A DNA stretch of 64,000 nucleotides from Eledone cirrhosa (GCA_964016885.1 OZ024752.1:38688001-38752000), one strand, 5' to 3'; positions 12,785 to 27,375 are shown, counted from the stretch's first letter. Numbers and translations: made by a program. Notes: generated from the sequence alone by a model not told the origin.

Positions 12785-13125
12785 TCATCATCATCATCAT
12801 CATTTTACGTCCACTTTTCGATGCTTGCAAGGGTGGGACGGGAACTGATTCTGGCTTGATTTCTACAGCTGGATGCCCTTCCTAACACCAACCTCATTTA
12901 CAGTGAGTGCTGGGTGCTTTTTTACCGTGGCACCTCCACGACCACTATACAGTGGAATGATAGGGACCCCAGTCCCTATCATCTCATTTCTACAGCTGAG
13001 TAAACTGGAGCAATGTGAAATAAAGTGTCTTGCTCAAGGAAACAACACATCACCCGGTCTGAGAATTGAACTCACAATCTTTCGATTGCAAGGCCAATGC
13101 TCTAACCACTAAGCCATGTACCTCC
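12785..13125 (-). mobile_element. tRNA/CORE-like SINE with an RTE-derived 3' end, family B
   Basis: Reverse complement of 15203-15557 and 52293-52678; A/B boxes; ends like the RTE LINE with an (ATG)n tail. Confidence 0.85.
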
Positions 13126-13348
13126 ATATATATATGTATATGTATGTATATGTATGTATATGTGTATATATATATATATATATCATCATCATCATCATCA
13201 TCTATATATATATATATATATATAGGCCGGTGGGGGTGAATTGGTACTCACAAGGGAGCGGATGAAAAACCCCAAAACACGCAATTCATCCGTTCCCATG
13301 TCGATCCAATTTGGATTGCCTCGGAAACATAACCTTATTATGTAACAA

Positions 13349-13422
13349 GCTGTCTGATGATGTCACGACACTCGCACACAGAACAGTGTGGCCAGTGTCA
13401 TCCCTGAAATATATATCACAGC
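13349..13422 (+). ncRNA. Type I hammerhead ribozyme motif
   Basis: gctgt-CTGATGA-(stem II gacact/agtgtc, cacac/gtgtg)-GAAA-tatata-TC-acagc, inside an insert of about 250 bp between (TA)n tracts; the base of stem II is degenerate. Confidence 0.72.
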
Positions 13423-13474
13423 ATTATTATTAAAGGACTTGAACATCTGAAACTACTTCGCTTTTCCTTATTCG

Positions 13475-13502
13475 ATATGTATATATATATATATATATAC
13501 AC

Positions 13503-13537
<35 letters not shown>

Positions 13538-13541
13538 CACA

Positions 13542-13638
<97 letters not shown>

Positions 13639-13642
13639 CACA

Positions 13643-13687
<45 letters not shown>

Positions 13688-13998
13688 TATATATATATAT
13701 ACACACATATATATATATATATACACACATATATATATATATATACACACATATATATATACACACATATATATATATATATACACACATATATATATAC
13801 ACATATATATATATATACACACATATATATATATACGCACATATATATATATATACACACATATATATATATACACACATATATATATATATATACACAT
13901 ATATATATATATACACATATATATATTTATATACACACATATATATTTATATACACACACATATATATATATATATACACATATATTTATATACACAC

Positions 13999-14029
<31 letters not shown>

Positions 14030-14184
14030 TATATATATATACACACATATATATATATATACACGCATATATATATATATATACACATATATATATATAT
14101 ATACACATATATATATATATATACACATATATATATATATATATACACACACATATATATATATACACACATATATATATATAT

Positions 14185-14235
<51 letters not shown>
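13475..14235. repeat. (TA)n/(CA)n compound microsatellite
   Basis: Seen directly. Confidence 0.95.
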
Positions 14236-14942
14236 ATAATAATGAAATTATTGTGTAAAGTGCTCAGGTGCACTACAACTCGTCAATATAGTACATAGAA
14301 TAATACACAAATGCCAGGGAAGTACATGTGTGTATGTGTTAGCTGTAGTGTTGGCTGATCTCGGGAAGCATGGACGCCTTAAAGGATGCAGTGTCTCGAC
14401 AGCTAACAACTGATGCAGGTAGTTTGTTCCATGCTTCAGCAACTCTCAGCGTGAAAAAATGTTTCCTAAAGTCATGCTAACTGTGCTGTTTTCTTACTTT
14501 GTGGGCATGTCCACGTGTGTTAGACACATGGAAATCGAAAAGGCACTCAGGGTTGTTGTTGGCAACATGGTTAACAATTTTGTGGGTGTTTACCAAGTCA
14601 GTTGCCAGGCGTCGGAGCTTCAATGAATCCATGCCCAGGGAAGCAAGGCGCTCAGAGTATGGTAGATGCCTGATGGAGGGTATTCGCTTGGTTGCACGTC
14701 TCTGAACAGTTTCCAGGCGGTCAATGTCCTGAGCAAGATAGGGGTTCCAGACTGGTGATGCAAATTCTAAGTGTGGTCGCACCATAGCTGTATACAGCCT
14801 TAAATAGATATCTGGAGAGCGGCTGACAAAGGTCTTGCTGAGTGATGCTAAGACACCCTCGGCCCTCTTGACAATTTTAGAGACGTGCCTCGTCCAACGC
14901 AAATCGCTGCTGACCGTAATGCCCAGGTCACGTTCACAGGAA
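14235..14942 (-). mobile_element. CR1-clade LINE 3' fragment with 3' UTR and (ATT)n tail
   Basis: ERDLGITVSSDL...LYTAMVRPHLEFASPVWNPYLAQDIDRLETVQRRATK...YSERL..L..DSLKLRR is the canonical CR1 ORF2 C-terminus. Confidence 0.9.
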
Positions 14943-15202
14943 GTGTGTATATATACATATATATATACACACACATATGTGTATATATATGTATATATAA
15001 TAACTAGAAATTGATTAACATATAAATAAACATGAATAATCACAGGAGATAATTTTTACAAGTGTGTAACCTCACATAGCTAGGTAGGTAACTAAATAAA
15101 GTTGACCAGAACTTCATGGCTAGACACCCATAATTTTGATTTAGATTAAATTCATTTGATTTATCTTAATTTTGGATATAGATATATATGTATATATATA
15201 TA

Positions 15203-15526
15203 ATGGAGGCACATGGTTTAGTAGTTAGAGCATTGGCCTTGCAATCGAAAGGTTGTGAGTTCAATTCTCAGACCGGGTGATGTGTTGTTTCCTTGAGCAA
15301 GTCACTTTATTTCACATTGCTCCAGTTTACTCAGCTGTAGAAATGAAATGATAGGGACTGGGGTCCCTATCATTCCACTGCAAAGTGGTCGTGGAGGTGC
15401 CACAGCAAAAAAGCACCCAGCACTCACTGTAAATGAGGTTGGTGTTAGGAAGGGCATCCAGCTGTAGAAATCAAGCCACAGTCAGTTCCTGTCCCACCCT
15501 TGCAAGCAGGGAAAAGCGAACATAAA

Positions 15527-15557
<31 letters not shown>
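15203..15557 (+). mobile_element. tRNA/CORE-like SINE with an RTE-derived 3' end, family B
   Basis: A-box tggtttagtag, B-box gttcaattc, central ccttgagcaag..actttatttcacattgctccagt, 3' end gcaagcagggaaaagcg.acataaa(atg)n. Confidence 0.85.
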
Positions 15558-15558
<1 letters not shown>

Positions 15559-15929
15559 ATATACTTCAGCATAAATATGTGTATATACCTGTTTATGAAA
15601 ATGTACATGAAAGACTGATACTTTTATTGAGTGTATATAGGGTAAAGAGACCCTTCGGCCATGAATGACCATGGGATTTGCACTTAGAAAGTTCCCCTCC
15701 ACGGGACAAGTCTCCCTTCTCCATGCCAATGTTGTCCAAGGGAAAGGCAATAGTCAATACAGCTTGGCACCAGTGACATCACAGCTCATTTCTGAAGCTA
15801 AGTGACTGGAGCTACGTGAACATAACATGTCTTGCTCAAGGACATAGTGCTTCACCTGGTCCAGGCATCAAACTCACAACTTCACGATTGCAAGCCCAAC
15901 GCTCTAACCATTAAGCCATGTGACTTCAC

Positions 15930-18427
15930 TATGTGTGTATATATACTTCAACATAAATATGTGTATATATTGTATACATACTTCAACATAAATATGTGTA
16001 TATATTATATACATACTTCAACATAAATATGTGTATATATTATTCAACATAAATATGTGTATATACACTTCAACATAAATATGTGTATATAGACTTCAAC
16101 ATAAATATGTGTATATACACTCAACATAAATGTGTATATAGACTTCAACATAGATATGTGTATATATACTTCAACATAAATATGTGTATATATATTTGAA
16201 CATAAATATGTGTATATATACTTCAACATAAATATGTGTATATACACTTCAACATAGATATGTGTATATATACTTCAACATAAATATGTGTATATATACT
16301 TCAACATAGATATGTGTATATATACTTCAACATAAATATGTGTATATATACTTCAACATAAATATGTGTATATATACTTCAACATAAATATGTGTATATA
16401 CACTTCAACATAGATATGTGTATATACACTTCAACATAAATGTATGTATATATACTTCAACATAAATATGTGTATATATATTTGAACATAAATATGTGTA
16501 TATACACTTCAACATAGATATGTGTATATATACTTCAACATAAATATCTGTATATATACTTCAACATAAATATGTGTATATATACTTCAACATAAATATG
16601 TGTATATATACTTCAACATAAATATGTGTATATATACTTCAACATAAATATGTGTATATATACTTCAACATAAATATGTGTATATATACTTCAACATAGA
16701 TATGTGTATATATACTTCAACATAAATATGTGTATATATATTTGAACATAAATATGTGTATATACACTTCAACATAGATATGTGTATATATACTTCAACA
16801 TAAATATGTGTATATATACTTCAACATAGATATGTGTATATATACTTCAACATAAATATGTGTATATATACTTCAACATAAATATGTGTATATATATTTG
16901 AACATAAATATGTGTATATACACTTCAACATAGATATGTGTATATATACTTCAACATAAATATCTGTATATATACTTCAACATAGATATGTGTATATACA
17001 CTTCAACATAAATGTATGTATATATACTTCAACATAAATATGTGTATATATATTTGAACATAAATATGTGTATATACACTTCAACATAGATATGTGTATA
17101 TATACTTCAACATAAATATCTGTATATATACTTCAACATAAATATGTGTATATATACTTCAACATAAATATGTGTATATATACTTCAACATAAATATGTG
17201 TATATATACTTCAACATAAATATGTGTATATATACTTCAACATAAATATGTGTATATATACTTCAACATAGATATGTGTATATATACTTCAACATAAATA
17301 TGTGTATATATATTTGAACATAAATATGTGTATATACACTTCAACATAGATATGTGTATATATACTTCAACATAAATATGTGTATATATACTTCAACATA
17401 AATATGTGTATATATACTTCAACATAAATATGTGTATATAGACTTCAACATAAATATGTGTATATAGACTTCAACATAAATATGTGTATATACACTTCAA
17501 CATAAATGTGTGTATATATACTTCAACATAGCTATGTGTATATATACTTCAACATAAATATGTGTATATATATTTGAACATAAATGTGTATATACACTTA
17601 ACATAAATGTGTGTATATATACTTAACATAAATATGTGTATATATACTTCAACATAGATATGTGTATATACACTTAACATAAATATGTGTATATAGACTT
17701 CAACATAAATATGTGTATATATACAACAAACATAGATATGTGTATATATACTTCAACATAGATATGTGTATGTATACTTCAACATAGCTATGTGTATATA
17801 TACTTCAACATAAATATGTGTATATATATTTGAACATAAATATGTGTATATACACTTAACATAAATGTGTGTATATATACTTAACATAAATATGTGTATA
17901 TATACTTCAACATAAATATGTGTATATATACTTCAACATAAATATGTGTATATATACTTCAACATAAATATGTGTATATATACTTCAACATAGATATGTG
18001 TATATACACTTAACATAAATATGTGTATATATACTTCAACATAGATATGTGTATATATACTTCAACATAGATATGTGTATATACACTTAACATAAATATG
18101 TGTATATATACTTCAACATAGATATGTGTATATATACAACAAACATAGATATGTGTATATACACTTCAACATAAATATGTGTATATATACTTCAACATAG
18201 ATATGTGTATATATATTTCAACATAGATATGTGTATATATACTTCAACATAAATATGTGTATATATACTTCAACATAGATATGTGTATATATACTTGAAC
18301 ATAGATATGTGTATATATACTTCAACATAGATATGTGTATATATACTTCAACATAGATATGTGTATATATATATCCTTCAACATAGATATGTGTATATAT
18401 ACTTCAACCTAGATATGTGTATATATT
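15930..18427. repeat. 26-bp minisatellite (atgtgtatatatacttcaacataaat), about 95 copies
   Basis: Direct tandem periodicity. Confidence 0.96.
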
Positions 18428-19643
18428 TGTTTATGTAATGCACGTGAAAGAATGACGCTCTTATTTGAAACATGTTGTTTGTAGTCTCTGACCATCCAGC
18501 ATCGATTTCGTTTCTTACTAGTCCGACGTTTATAAATATTTAACCCTTTCATGACCATATTACTTATGAAATACACTCTATTTCAATTAATTAGTAAAAA
18601 AATGTTGATGAATTTACTAAAATTATTAAAGATTTCATTAAGATGGTAACTTAATGTATGGTTCTTTTAAAAAATCATATTGGAAGATTTTAATTTAAAT
18701 AGAAATCCTTTAAAATATGGGTGATTTGGTTTCATAGAACCAGAGCTGGTTTTGACGAGGATAATGGTTAACGAGAGGGTTGATGAATTTGTGTAACACA
18801 AGTATTTGTCACTATCAAATTTGATCTGTAAATATTTGATGTGTAAGTACTTTTTGCAACTCTTTATTTTGGTTTTGAAGCACAGGTCAGGTCATGAATT
18901 GGACTTCCTGGAGCCACAAGCAGACAATAACTTTGTTATGGTGATTGAGGTATCACGCATGTTTGCACCAATGATATTCCATACCTTCCATAATTTTACT
19001 CATCTATGAGGGCACAAGTTCAAGGATACAGTGCAGATGGGATTATCTGGTCACTCTTGCAACTACCTTAAATGCTGAAGTGCCTTTGGGGGTATAAAAT
19101 AAAGCTTTGCAGTTTTTTTACCATGCTCTATTGGGATATACCTTCATTGTTGTAAGTTTTCACAACTGTATGGTACTGCATTTTTAAAGAGAAGGAAGAA
19201 AGGTGTACAAAGAGTGGTCATGCTCAATAGATTGGACAACCATGACACATACATATGTACAGCTATGGATGTATCAACATCAACATCGTTTAACGTCCAT
19301 TTTCCACACTTGCACAAGTTAGATGGGTTGTGACGTTATGAAACAAAGTCAGGGCCAGAGACCACATCTTGCTCATACGGATCTGTATTTTGGCTTAGCT
19401 TCTACAGCTGGATGCTCTTTCTAACATCAACCACATTACAGTGTGGACTGGGTGCTTTTTACCGTGGCCCTGAAATGACGACCTTACAGGATCGAAATCA
19501 TTGGACATCGATCTAACCCCTTATATATATATCATCATGTCATCATCATCATCATCATTTTACGCCCGCTTTTCCCTGCTTGCAAGGGTATATATATATA
19601 TCTACATATGCATATAAATACATTATGTATATGTGAGTAAGTG

Positions 19644-19674
<31 letters not shown>

Positions 19675-19812
19675 CATCATTATCATTGATTATCGTCTAT
19701 CTTCCACGTTAGCATGGGTTAGACGGGTTTGTCCCATTTAAAGGTAAGTTGGGTCGGGTAACCATGTCTTGCACATATAGGAGTGTTACATATGGATATA
19801 TATACATTGTGT

Positions 19813-19871
<59 letters not shown>

Positions 19872-19979
19872 TAGTTATATGAACAGTTTCACTTAACTCT
19901 GTATTACCAGTGGTTGCAAGATAAAAACACATTTGCTATTAGATGCACTAAGGAATAAGTATAACAAAATCTACCCACA

Positions 19980-20031
19980 CCTATATATACATATATATAT
20001 ATGCTACACATACATATATTATATATATACA

Positions 20032-20068
<37 letters not shown>

Positions 20069-20128
20069 TACACACACATATATTATATATATACATCTAT
20101 ATATGTATACATATATACATATACGTAC

Positions 20129-20165
<37 letters not shown>

Positions 20166-20402
20166 CATATATGTTATACATATAAACATATACGTACATA
20201 TATATATATACATATATATATATTTATACATATATGTACATATATATACACATATATATATATGTATACATATGAATATAACATATATGTACATATATAT
20301 ACACATATATATATATATATGATATGAATATAACATATATATTATACATATATCCATATACGTACATATATATACACACGCGCGGGTAAGTGCGTGTGTG
20401 TG

Positions 20403-20449
<47 letters not shown>

Positions 20450-20570
20450 GTATATATATAGGGTGTAATCGCCCAAATATATATATATATACATATTTAT
20501 TAGAATGCTGTTGAAGTGTGTATACATTTTTTGAGGGGGAACACCCTGTATATATATATATATATATATA
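19980..20570. repeat. Degenerate (TA)n/(TACA)n microsatellite
   Basis: Seen directly. Confidence 0.9.
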
Positions 20571-21286
20571 AATGAGAGGTATAGAGATTGTTTTAGCGAG
20601 AAGCTAACAGCATTCTATAACATATATATATATATATAAACAAAGGTACGGACAAGCGATGCATACAACACACAAATATGCGCTTGAACACCTGTTTGTG
20701 TGCTTTTATATATTTGTGTACCTGTAGCACGTGTTATTGCAATATTGAGATCGACAAAGGTATTATTATATCATATTGTTTTCGTCAATATTCACTCCAA
20801 TCATATCTCTTTCAACTGCTACTTATCAGCACAAACATCATCATTAAAGCTACTAAACTGAGACAACTAAGGTGTTAAAATGTAATCGTCTGAAGTCATA
20901 GTATGCAGGACAAGGTGTTTGTTGAATTAAATAGATTGCGACGAATCTCTGGGAAAGATTAATGAAAACACACCAGTTGTGTTTGGATGTGTTCGCGTGT
21001 CTATGCGTAGCATCTATGTAATAGAGGCTTGTAAGCGTGTTATAGTCGATGGTAACACGACACATTGTATATTTTATATTGTGTATATCACTGTTTGTGG
21101 TTTGGTCATTTCAGTGGCTAGTCAGTGATAACAGGATGATTAAAAATTGAGAATGACTCAAATTCAGAAAACTACAATTCTAGCAGATTGCCAAATTTAT
21201 TTGGAAGAAAAAGAAGAGAAGGAGAGGAGAAAAGAGGAGAGAAGAGAAGAGAAGAGACGACAAAGGCTTGAAAGACAGGCGCGCGC

Positions 21287-21318
<32 letters not shown>

Positions 21319-21398
21319 CGGAGAATTATGTGCGACAGACCGTAAGTGGGCCGTAAGTGACTGTCAATCCGCCACCCCTAATCAAATCGTTTACTTAC

Positions 21399-21590
21399 CT
21401 GCCAAAGAATTCATATCATCCAATAGAGTAATCCTTCGACGATGACGATGTGTTCGACGGCGACGAAAAGGAAAGAGAAACCACTACAACAGCAACAACG
21501 TCGATAGGAACCATTGCAAATCAAGCCAGCCGTCAGAGTCTGTTCTTCACATATGATCAAGCTAGCCACTCTCTATTAAGACTGCTCTCT
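21399..21590 (-). other. Candidate non-coding first exon of a minus-strand gene
   Basis: A perfect donor CAG|GTAAGT on the minus strand (acttacctg at 21393-21401) sits at the edge of a unique, CpG-retaining island between microsatellites. The 5' boundary is a guess. Confidence 0.3.
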
Positions 21591-22112
21591 CTCTCTCTCT
21601 GTCTCTGTGTCTGTCTCTTCCTCTCTCTCTCTCTCTGTGTCTGTCTCTTCCTCTCTCTCTCTCTCTACCTCTGCCTCGCTCTCTATATCTCTCTATATAT
21701 AAATATAAATATGTATATAAATATAAATATGTATATATATATATATATAAATATGTATATATATATATATATATATGTATATGTATGTATATATAAATAT
21801 GTATATATATATATAAATATGTATATATATATGTGTATATATATATATGTGTATATATATATATGTGTGTGTATAAATATGTATATATATAAATATGTAT
21901 ATATATATATATATATATAAATATGTATATATATATGTAAATATGTATATATATATATATATATAGATATGTATATATATATATATATATATAGATATGT
22001 ATATATATATATATAGATATGTATATATATATATACAGAGATATGTATATATATATATACAGAGATATGTATATATATATATACAGAGATATGTATATAT
22101 ATATATACAGAG

Positions 22113-22151
<39 letters not shown>

Positions 22152-22174
22152 GATATGTATATATATAGAGATAG

Positions 22175-22224
<50 letters not shown>

Positions 22225-22233
22225 GGGGGGGGA

Positions 22234-22269
<36 letters not shown>

Positions 22270-22320
22270 CTCTCTATCTATGTCCATCTCTCTCCCCCCT
22301 ACCTCTCTGTTTTTTTTCCG

Positions 22321-22353
<33 letters not shown>

Positions 22354-22450
22354 CTTCTTCTATGTCTCTTTCTAATCTCCATCTCTCTCTCCCCTGCCTC
22401 CTCCTCTCCCTCCATTCCTTTGTCTCTCTCTCTCCTTCTCTCTCACTCTT
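21585..22450. repeat. (CT)n/(TA)n/(GA)n compound microsatellite
   Basis: Seen directly. Confidence 0.9.
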
Positions 22451-22544
22451 TAGTTGACATTCCGTTTTTGTTATTGGAGTTATTGATGTTAGTTTAGCTT
22501 CTTGCCATCAACACCAACAACACTGATGTTATCATTTCAGAATG

Positions 22545-23065
22545 GTGAGTTCAAATCCCGCCTAGGCTAACTTTGCCTTTCATCCTTACGGAGTCGATAA
22601 AATAAAGCACCAGTAATGCACTAGGGATCGATTTAATCGACTTTTCCCTCTCTCCCCCAAATTGTTGGCCTTGTGTCTAAATCAGAAACCATTATAATAT
22701 CTCCTTTACGATCTGAGTTCAAATCCCGCCGAGGTTGACTTTGCCTTTCATCCTTACGGGGTCGATAAAATAAAGTACCAGTAATGCACTGGGTAATTGC
22801 TGGCCCTGTGCCTAAAGTAGAAACAATTATAATATCTCAGATTAGGGCGGCCGATTGGCAGAATCGGTACAGCGTCCGACACATTGCTTCGCAGCAGAGT
22901 TGCGTCTCTTTACGATCTGAGTTCAAATCCCGCCGAGGTTAACTTTGCCTTTCATCCTTACGGTGTCGATAAAATAAAGTACCAGTAATACACTGGGGAT
23001 CGATTTAATCGACTTTTCCCTCTCCCCCAAATTGTTGGCCTTGTGCCTAAAGTAGAAGTGATTAT
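22545..23065 (+). mobile_element. Three tandem family-A SINE copies
   Basis: gagttcaaatcccgcc...ctttgcctttcatccttacgg.gtcgataaaataaag..ccagtaa occurs three times. Confidence 0.85.
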
Positions 23066-23279
23066 TTCGGAATGAATTTTGTTTTGTTGAGTTCCTATAC
23101 AATTATTGATACCAATTAATAATTTCACTTTAATTAATTCATTAATTAATTGTTAGAAGAAGATTATTTAATATATTTCCTTCCTGCGTGTTCTCCAACT
23201 CTTTTTATTTATTTTTTATTTTATTTGCCTTGATTTATTTTCTAGATTTCTTTAAAAAAATTCTAAATATATATTTATT

Positions 23280-24133
23280 TTGTGTGTGTGTGTATGTTAG
23301 TGTGTATGTGTGTGTGGTAGTGTGTATGCGTGTGTGTATGTTAGTGTGTATGTGTGTGTGGTAGTGTGTATGCGTGTGTGTTAGTATGTGACTGCGTGTG
23401 TTAGTGTGTATGTGTGTGGTACTGTGTATGCGTGTGCTTGTGTGTATGGTAGAGTGTATGCGTGTGTGTTAGTATGTGACTGCGTGTGTATGTGTGTGTG
23501 GTAGTGTGTGTGTGTGTTGATAGGAGGGGTTATCCCTTCTCTTCCATTTATATACACAAAAACAAATAGAAAGATAAATAGAGAGAGAGAGGAAGATAGA
23601 GAGGTAAAGAGATAGACAGAGAAAGAGAGTGGGAGAGAAGAAGAGAGAAATAGATAGATAGATAGATAGAGGGAGAAAAAGATAGATAGATAGAAAAGGA
23701 GAGCGGGAGAGATAGATAAATAGAGAGAGAGAAAGAAAACAGATAAATAGATATATAAATAGAGAGAGAGATTAACAAATACAGAGAGAGTTTGTGTTTG
23801 AGAGAGATAAATAGATAGAGTGTATGTGAAAGAGAGAGGGAGAGAGAGAGAGAGAAAGACAGATAAATAGATAGAGATATAAAGGGAGACGGAGAGAGAG
23901 AGAGAGATTAATAGATAGAGATAAAGAGAGACTGAGAGAGAGAGAGATTAATAGATAGAGATAAAGAGAGACGGAGAGAGAGAGAGAAAGACAGATAAAT
24001 AGAGATATAAAGAGAGACGGAGAGAGAGAGATTAATAGATAGAGATAAAGAGAGACGGAGAGAGAGAGATTAATAGATAGAGATAAAGAGAGACGGAGAG
24101 AGAGAGAGTGAGATTAATAGATAGAGAGAGACG

Positions 24134-24165
<32 letters not shown>

Positions 24166-24400
24166 AAGACAGATAAATAGATAGAGATAAAGAGAGACGG
24201 AGAGAGAGAGAGAAAGACAGATAAATAGAGATATAAAGAGAGACGGAGAGAGAGATTAATAGATAGAGATAAAGAGAGACGGAGAGAGAGAGAGAGAGCG
24301 AGAAAGAGAGATTAATAGATAGAGATAAAGACGGAGAGAGAGAGACAGATTAATAGATAGAGATAAAGAGAGATGGAGAGAGAGAGAGAGAGAGAGAGAT
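23280..24400. repeat. (GT)-rich tract followed by a (GA)-rich degenerate repeat
   Basis: Seen directly. Confidence 0.9.
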
Positions 24401-24649
24401 GGAAAATCAGAAGAAGAAAAGGGGGGGAAGTTCAATAAAATGCACTTGTTCTTTCACTACTAAATAACAGAGGATGTTCGATCTCCCTAAGGAGTGAGTT
24501 GTACTATATACACGAGATACGTTTCTTCTCACATCCAACAGCTTCAATAGTCTCGTAGTTTTCTTCATTTCATATTCCTACCACTAGTTTCATCTTTCTT
24601 CCTTTCTTTCTTTAATCTGATTGATTTTTAAATGCCTCCTACCCTTTCG

Positions 24650-25062
24650 CTCGCTCTCTCTCTCTCGTGTTCTCTCTTTCTTTCCCCTTTTTGTCTCTCT
24701 TTTCTATCGCTTTTATCTTCTACTCTCTCTCTCTTTCTTTCCCCTTTTTGTCTCTTTTCTATCGCTTTTATCTTCTATTCTCTCTCTCTCTCTTTCTCAT
24801 ACACTCTCTTTCTTTCCCCTTTTTGTCTCTCTTTTCTATCGCTTTTATCTTCTACTCTCTCTCTCTTTCTTTCCCCTTTTTGTCTCTTTTCTATCGCTTT
24901 TATCTTCTATTCTTTCTCTCTCTCTCTCTTTCTCATACACTCTCTTTCTTTCCCCTTGTTGTCTCTCTTTTCTATCGCTTTTATCTTCTACTCTCTCTCT
25001 CTCTCTTTCTCATACTCTCTCTTTCTTTCCCCTTTTTGTCTCTTTTCTATCGCTTTTATCTC

Positions 25063-25096
<34 letters not shown>

Positions 25097-25290
25097 CTAC
25101 TCTCTTTTTCTTTCCCCTTTTTGTCTCTCATTGCTCTTACTTTTCCCCCGCCCTCTCTTTCCCTCTCTCCTACACACACACACACTCTCTATTTCTCTCT
25201 TCTATCGCTTTTATCTCCTACTCTCTCCCTCTCTCTCCCACACACACACACTCTCTCTCTTCTATCGCTTTTATCTCCTACTTTCCCTCT
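24650..25290. repeat. Polypyrimidine minisatellite (ctatcgcttttatcttcta... units)
   Basis: Recurring CT-rich units of about 60-70 bp. Confidence 0.8.
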
Positions 25291-25484
25291 CTCTCTCCTG
25301 CACATTCTCTTTCTCTATCTCTTCCTCTATTTTCTATTACTTTTATTTCCAGTCTTTCAGTAAACCTTCCTCTTTCTCTTCTCCATAATTTAAGGTGCTT
25401 TCTTTACACTGTTGAATTATGTCCTTCTTTTTCTTCTTCTACTCTCTTTTTCAATCTCTCTCGTGATATTTTCCTTCCCAGTCT

Positions 25485-25800
25485 TCTCTTTCTCTCTCGC
25501 TCAGTGCCTTCACCTCTTCTCTCTCGCTCAGTGCCGTCTTCTCTTTCTCTCTCGCTCAGTGCCGTCTTCTCTTTCTCTCTCGCTCAGTGCCTTCTTCTCT
25601 TTCTCTCTCGCTCAGTGCCTTCACCTCTTTCTCTCTCGCTCAGTGCCGTCTTCTCTTTCTCTCTCGCTCAGTGCCGTCTTCTCTTTCTCTCTCGCTCAGT
25701 GCCTTCTTCTCTTTCTCTCTCGCTCAGTGCCGTCTTCTCTTTCTCTCTCGCTCAGTGCCGTCTTCTCTTTCTCTCTCGCTCAGTGCCTTCACCTCTTCTC
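25485..25800. repeat. 28-bp minisatellite (ctctttctctctcgctcagtgccgtctt), about 11 copies
   Basis: Direct periodicity; the ORF track shows a 28-aa period (3 x 28 bp). Confidence 0.9.
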
Positions 25801-26583
25801 TATCATCATCTTTCTCTTCCTTCTTTCTCTAATTCATTCCTCGCTCCCACTGTTTTTTCCTTCATTATCTTAGTAACTCTTTTCTGACGATATCTCTCTC
25901 TCTCTATCTATCTATCTATCTCTATTTCACACACACTTTTCTCTCTCACACTCACTCTCTCCCCAGTTCTCTCTCACACACACACACACTTTTCTCTCTC
26001 TCTCACACACACTTTTTGCTCTCACACACACTTTTTGCTCACACACACACACTTTTCTCTCTCACTCTCACTTTTCTCTCTCCTGTTCTCTCTCTCTCTC
26101 ATTCTCTCTTTCTCACACTCTTTTCTTTCTCTCTCTCTCTATTTCTCCTCTCTAACCCCTCTTTCTCTCTTCAATTCTCTCTCTCTCTCTCTCATTCTTT
26201 GTCGTTTTCTCTTTCTTTTCTATTATCTAGCTCTCCGTCATTGTTTCCCCATATCAACACTCACTCCTCCGTCTCTGTTACTATTTTCCTCTTTCTATCT
26301 CTCGCAAATTCATTCCCCCCCCCCCCCTTTAAATCGATCATTCTTTCTCTAACTCTTCATCTCACTCGTTCGTTATCAATATTATATTTTAACATTCTTA
26401 CATTCGCAGTTTTTGTTGTTATATTTTTTATTCAACGTTTCATTGTTTCAACGCATCTCTCCTAACTTGCAACCATTCGTTCTCTCTTTCTTTTTTTTTT
26501 CATTCCTCGTGTCGTGTCCTGTTTGTTTTTCCTTTTCTTTCTTTCTAAGTCTCAAGTCAATCGCGAGTCTGGGCTTTCCCCTA

Positions 26584-26635
<52 letters not shown>

Positions 26636-26949
26636 TCATTCTCTTTTATCACTTTACTACTTTACTGGTCTCCTTTCCACCGCCTCACCCCCAATACGTT
26701 TCGGATACCTACGCTCCAACAATTACTATTTTTCCCCACTCTCTCTCTCTCTCTCTCTCTCCTCACTTAACTTAACTGGTCTCCTTTCTTTCGACTCACC
26801 ACCGACCCCTACACGTTTCGGATTTCTCCATCATGATCCAAGACTCACATTTCAATTCAAATGTTCATTTATCCTTCTTTCGATGATCGTTCTTTTCATC
26901 TCGTCTGTTTAAATATATCTGTTTATCTCTGGCTATCTTCCTATTCCGT

Positions 26950-27028
<79 letters not shown>

Positions 27029-27114
27029 CTATCTATCTATCTATCTCTATTATATATATATATAATAAAATAAAACAAAGACGAGTGGTTACTCCTTCAT
27101 TACGTTTATTGGTT

Positions 27115-27191
27115 GGTGACGCACGTTTCGCCACTTAAGTTTCGATCTGTATCGATCTAGCCCGACTCTGTAATCCACAGCTCGTCAGACC
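27115..27191 (-). ncRNA. Type I hammerhead ribozyme motif
   Basis: Minus strand ggt-CTGACGA-gct...(long stem II)...ggc-GAAA-cgtgcg-TC-acc, with a GTC cleavage triplet; the element lies between (TA)n tracts. Confidence 0.75.
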
Positions 27192-27243
27192 CCTTTTTCA
27201 CCCGGGTGAGCACTCGATGTTTAAACTCCACGTTACACTCCCT

Positions 27244-27297
<54 letters not shown>

Positions 27298-27375
27298 GTA
27301 GGTCCCGGGTTGAGTCGGGGATAACCACAGTAAGTAAGGTACTCAATACATGGCAGAGTAAAATTTTTTTATTTT

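Noticed and set aside
13416-14298. Long Tyr/Ile-rich ORFs here and at 19933-22457
   Set aside because: They are translations of (TA)n/(CA)n microsatellites.
18880-19130. Possible host exon
   Set aside because: The minus strand resembles a heavily decayed LINE RT fragment (SKIMEG...YLNHHN); the evidence is too weak to call either way.
24621-26912. Leu/Ser/Phe-rich membrane-protein-like ORFs
   Set aside because: Pyrimidine-rich repeats lack stop codons in all frames; no domain signal.
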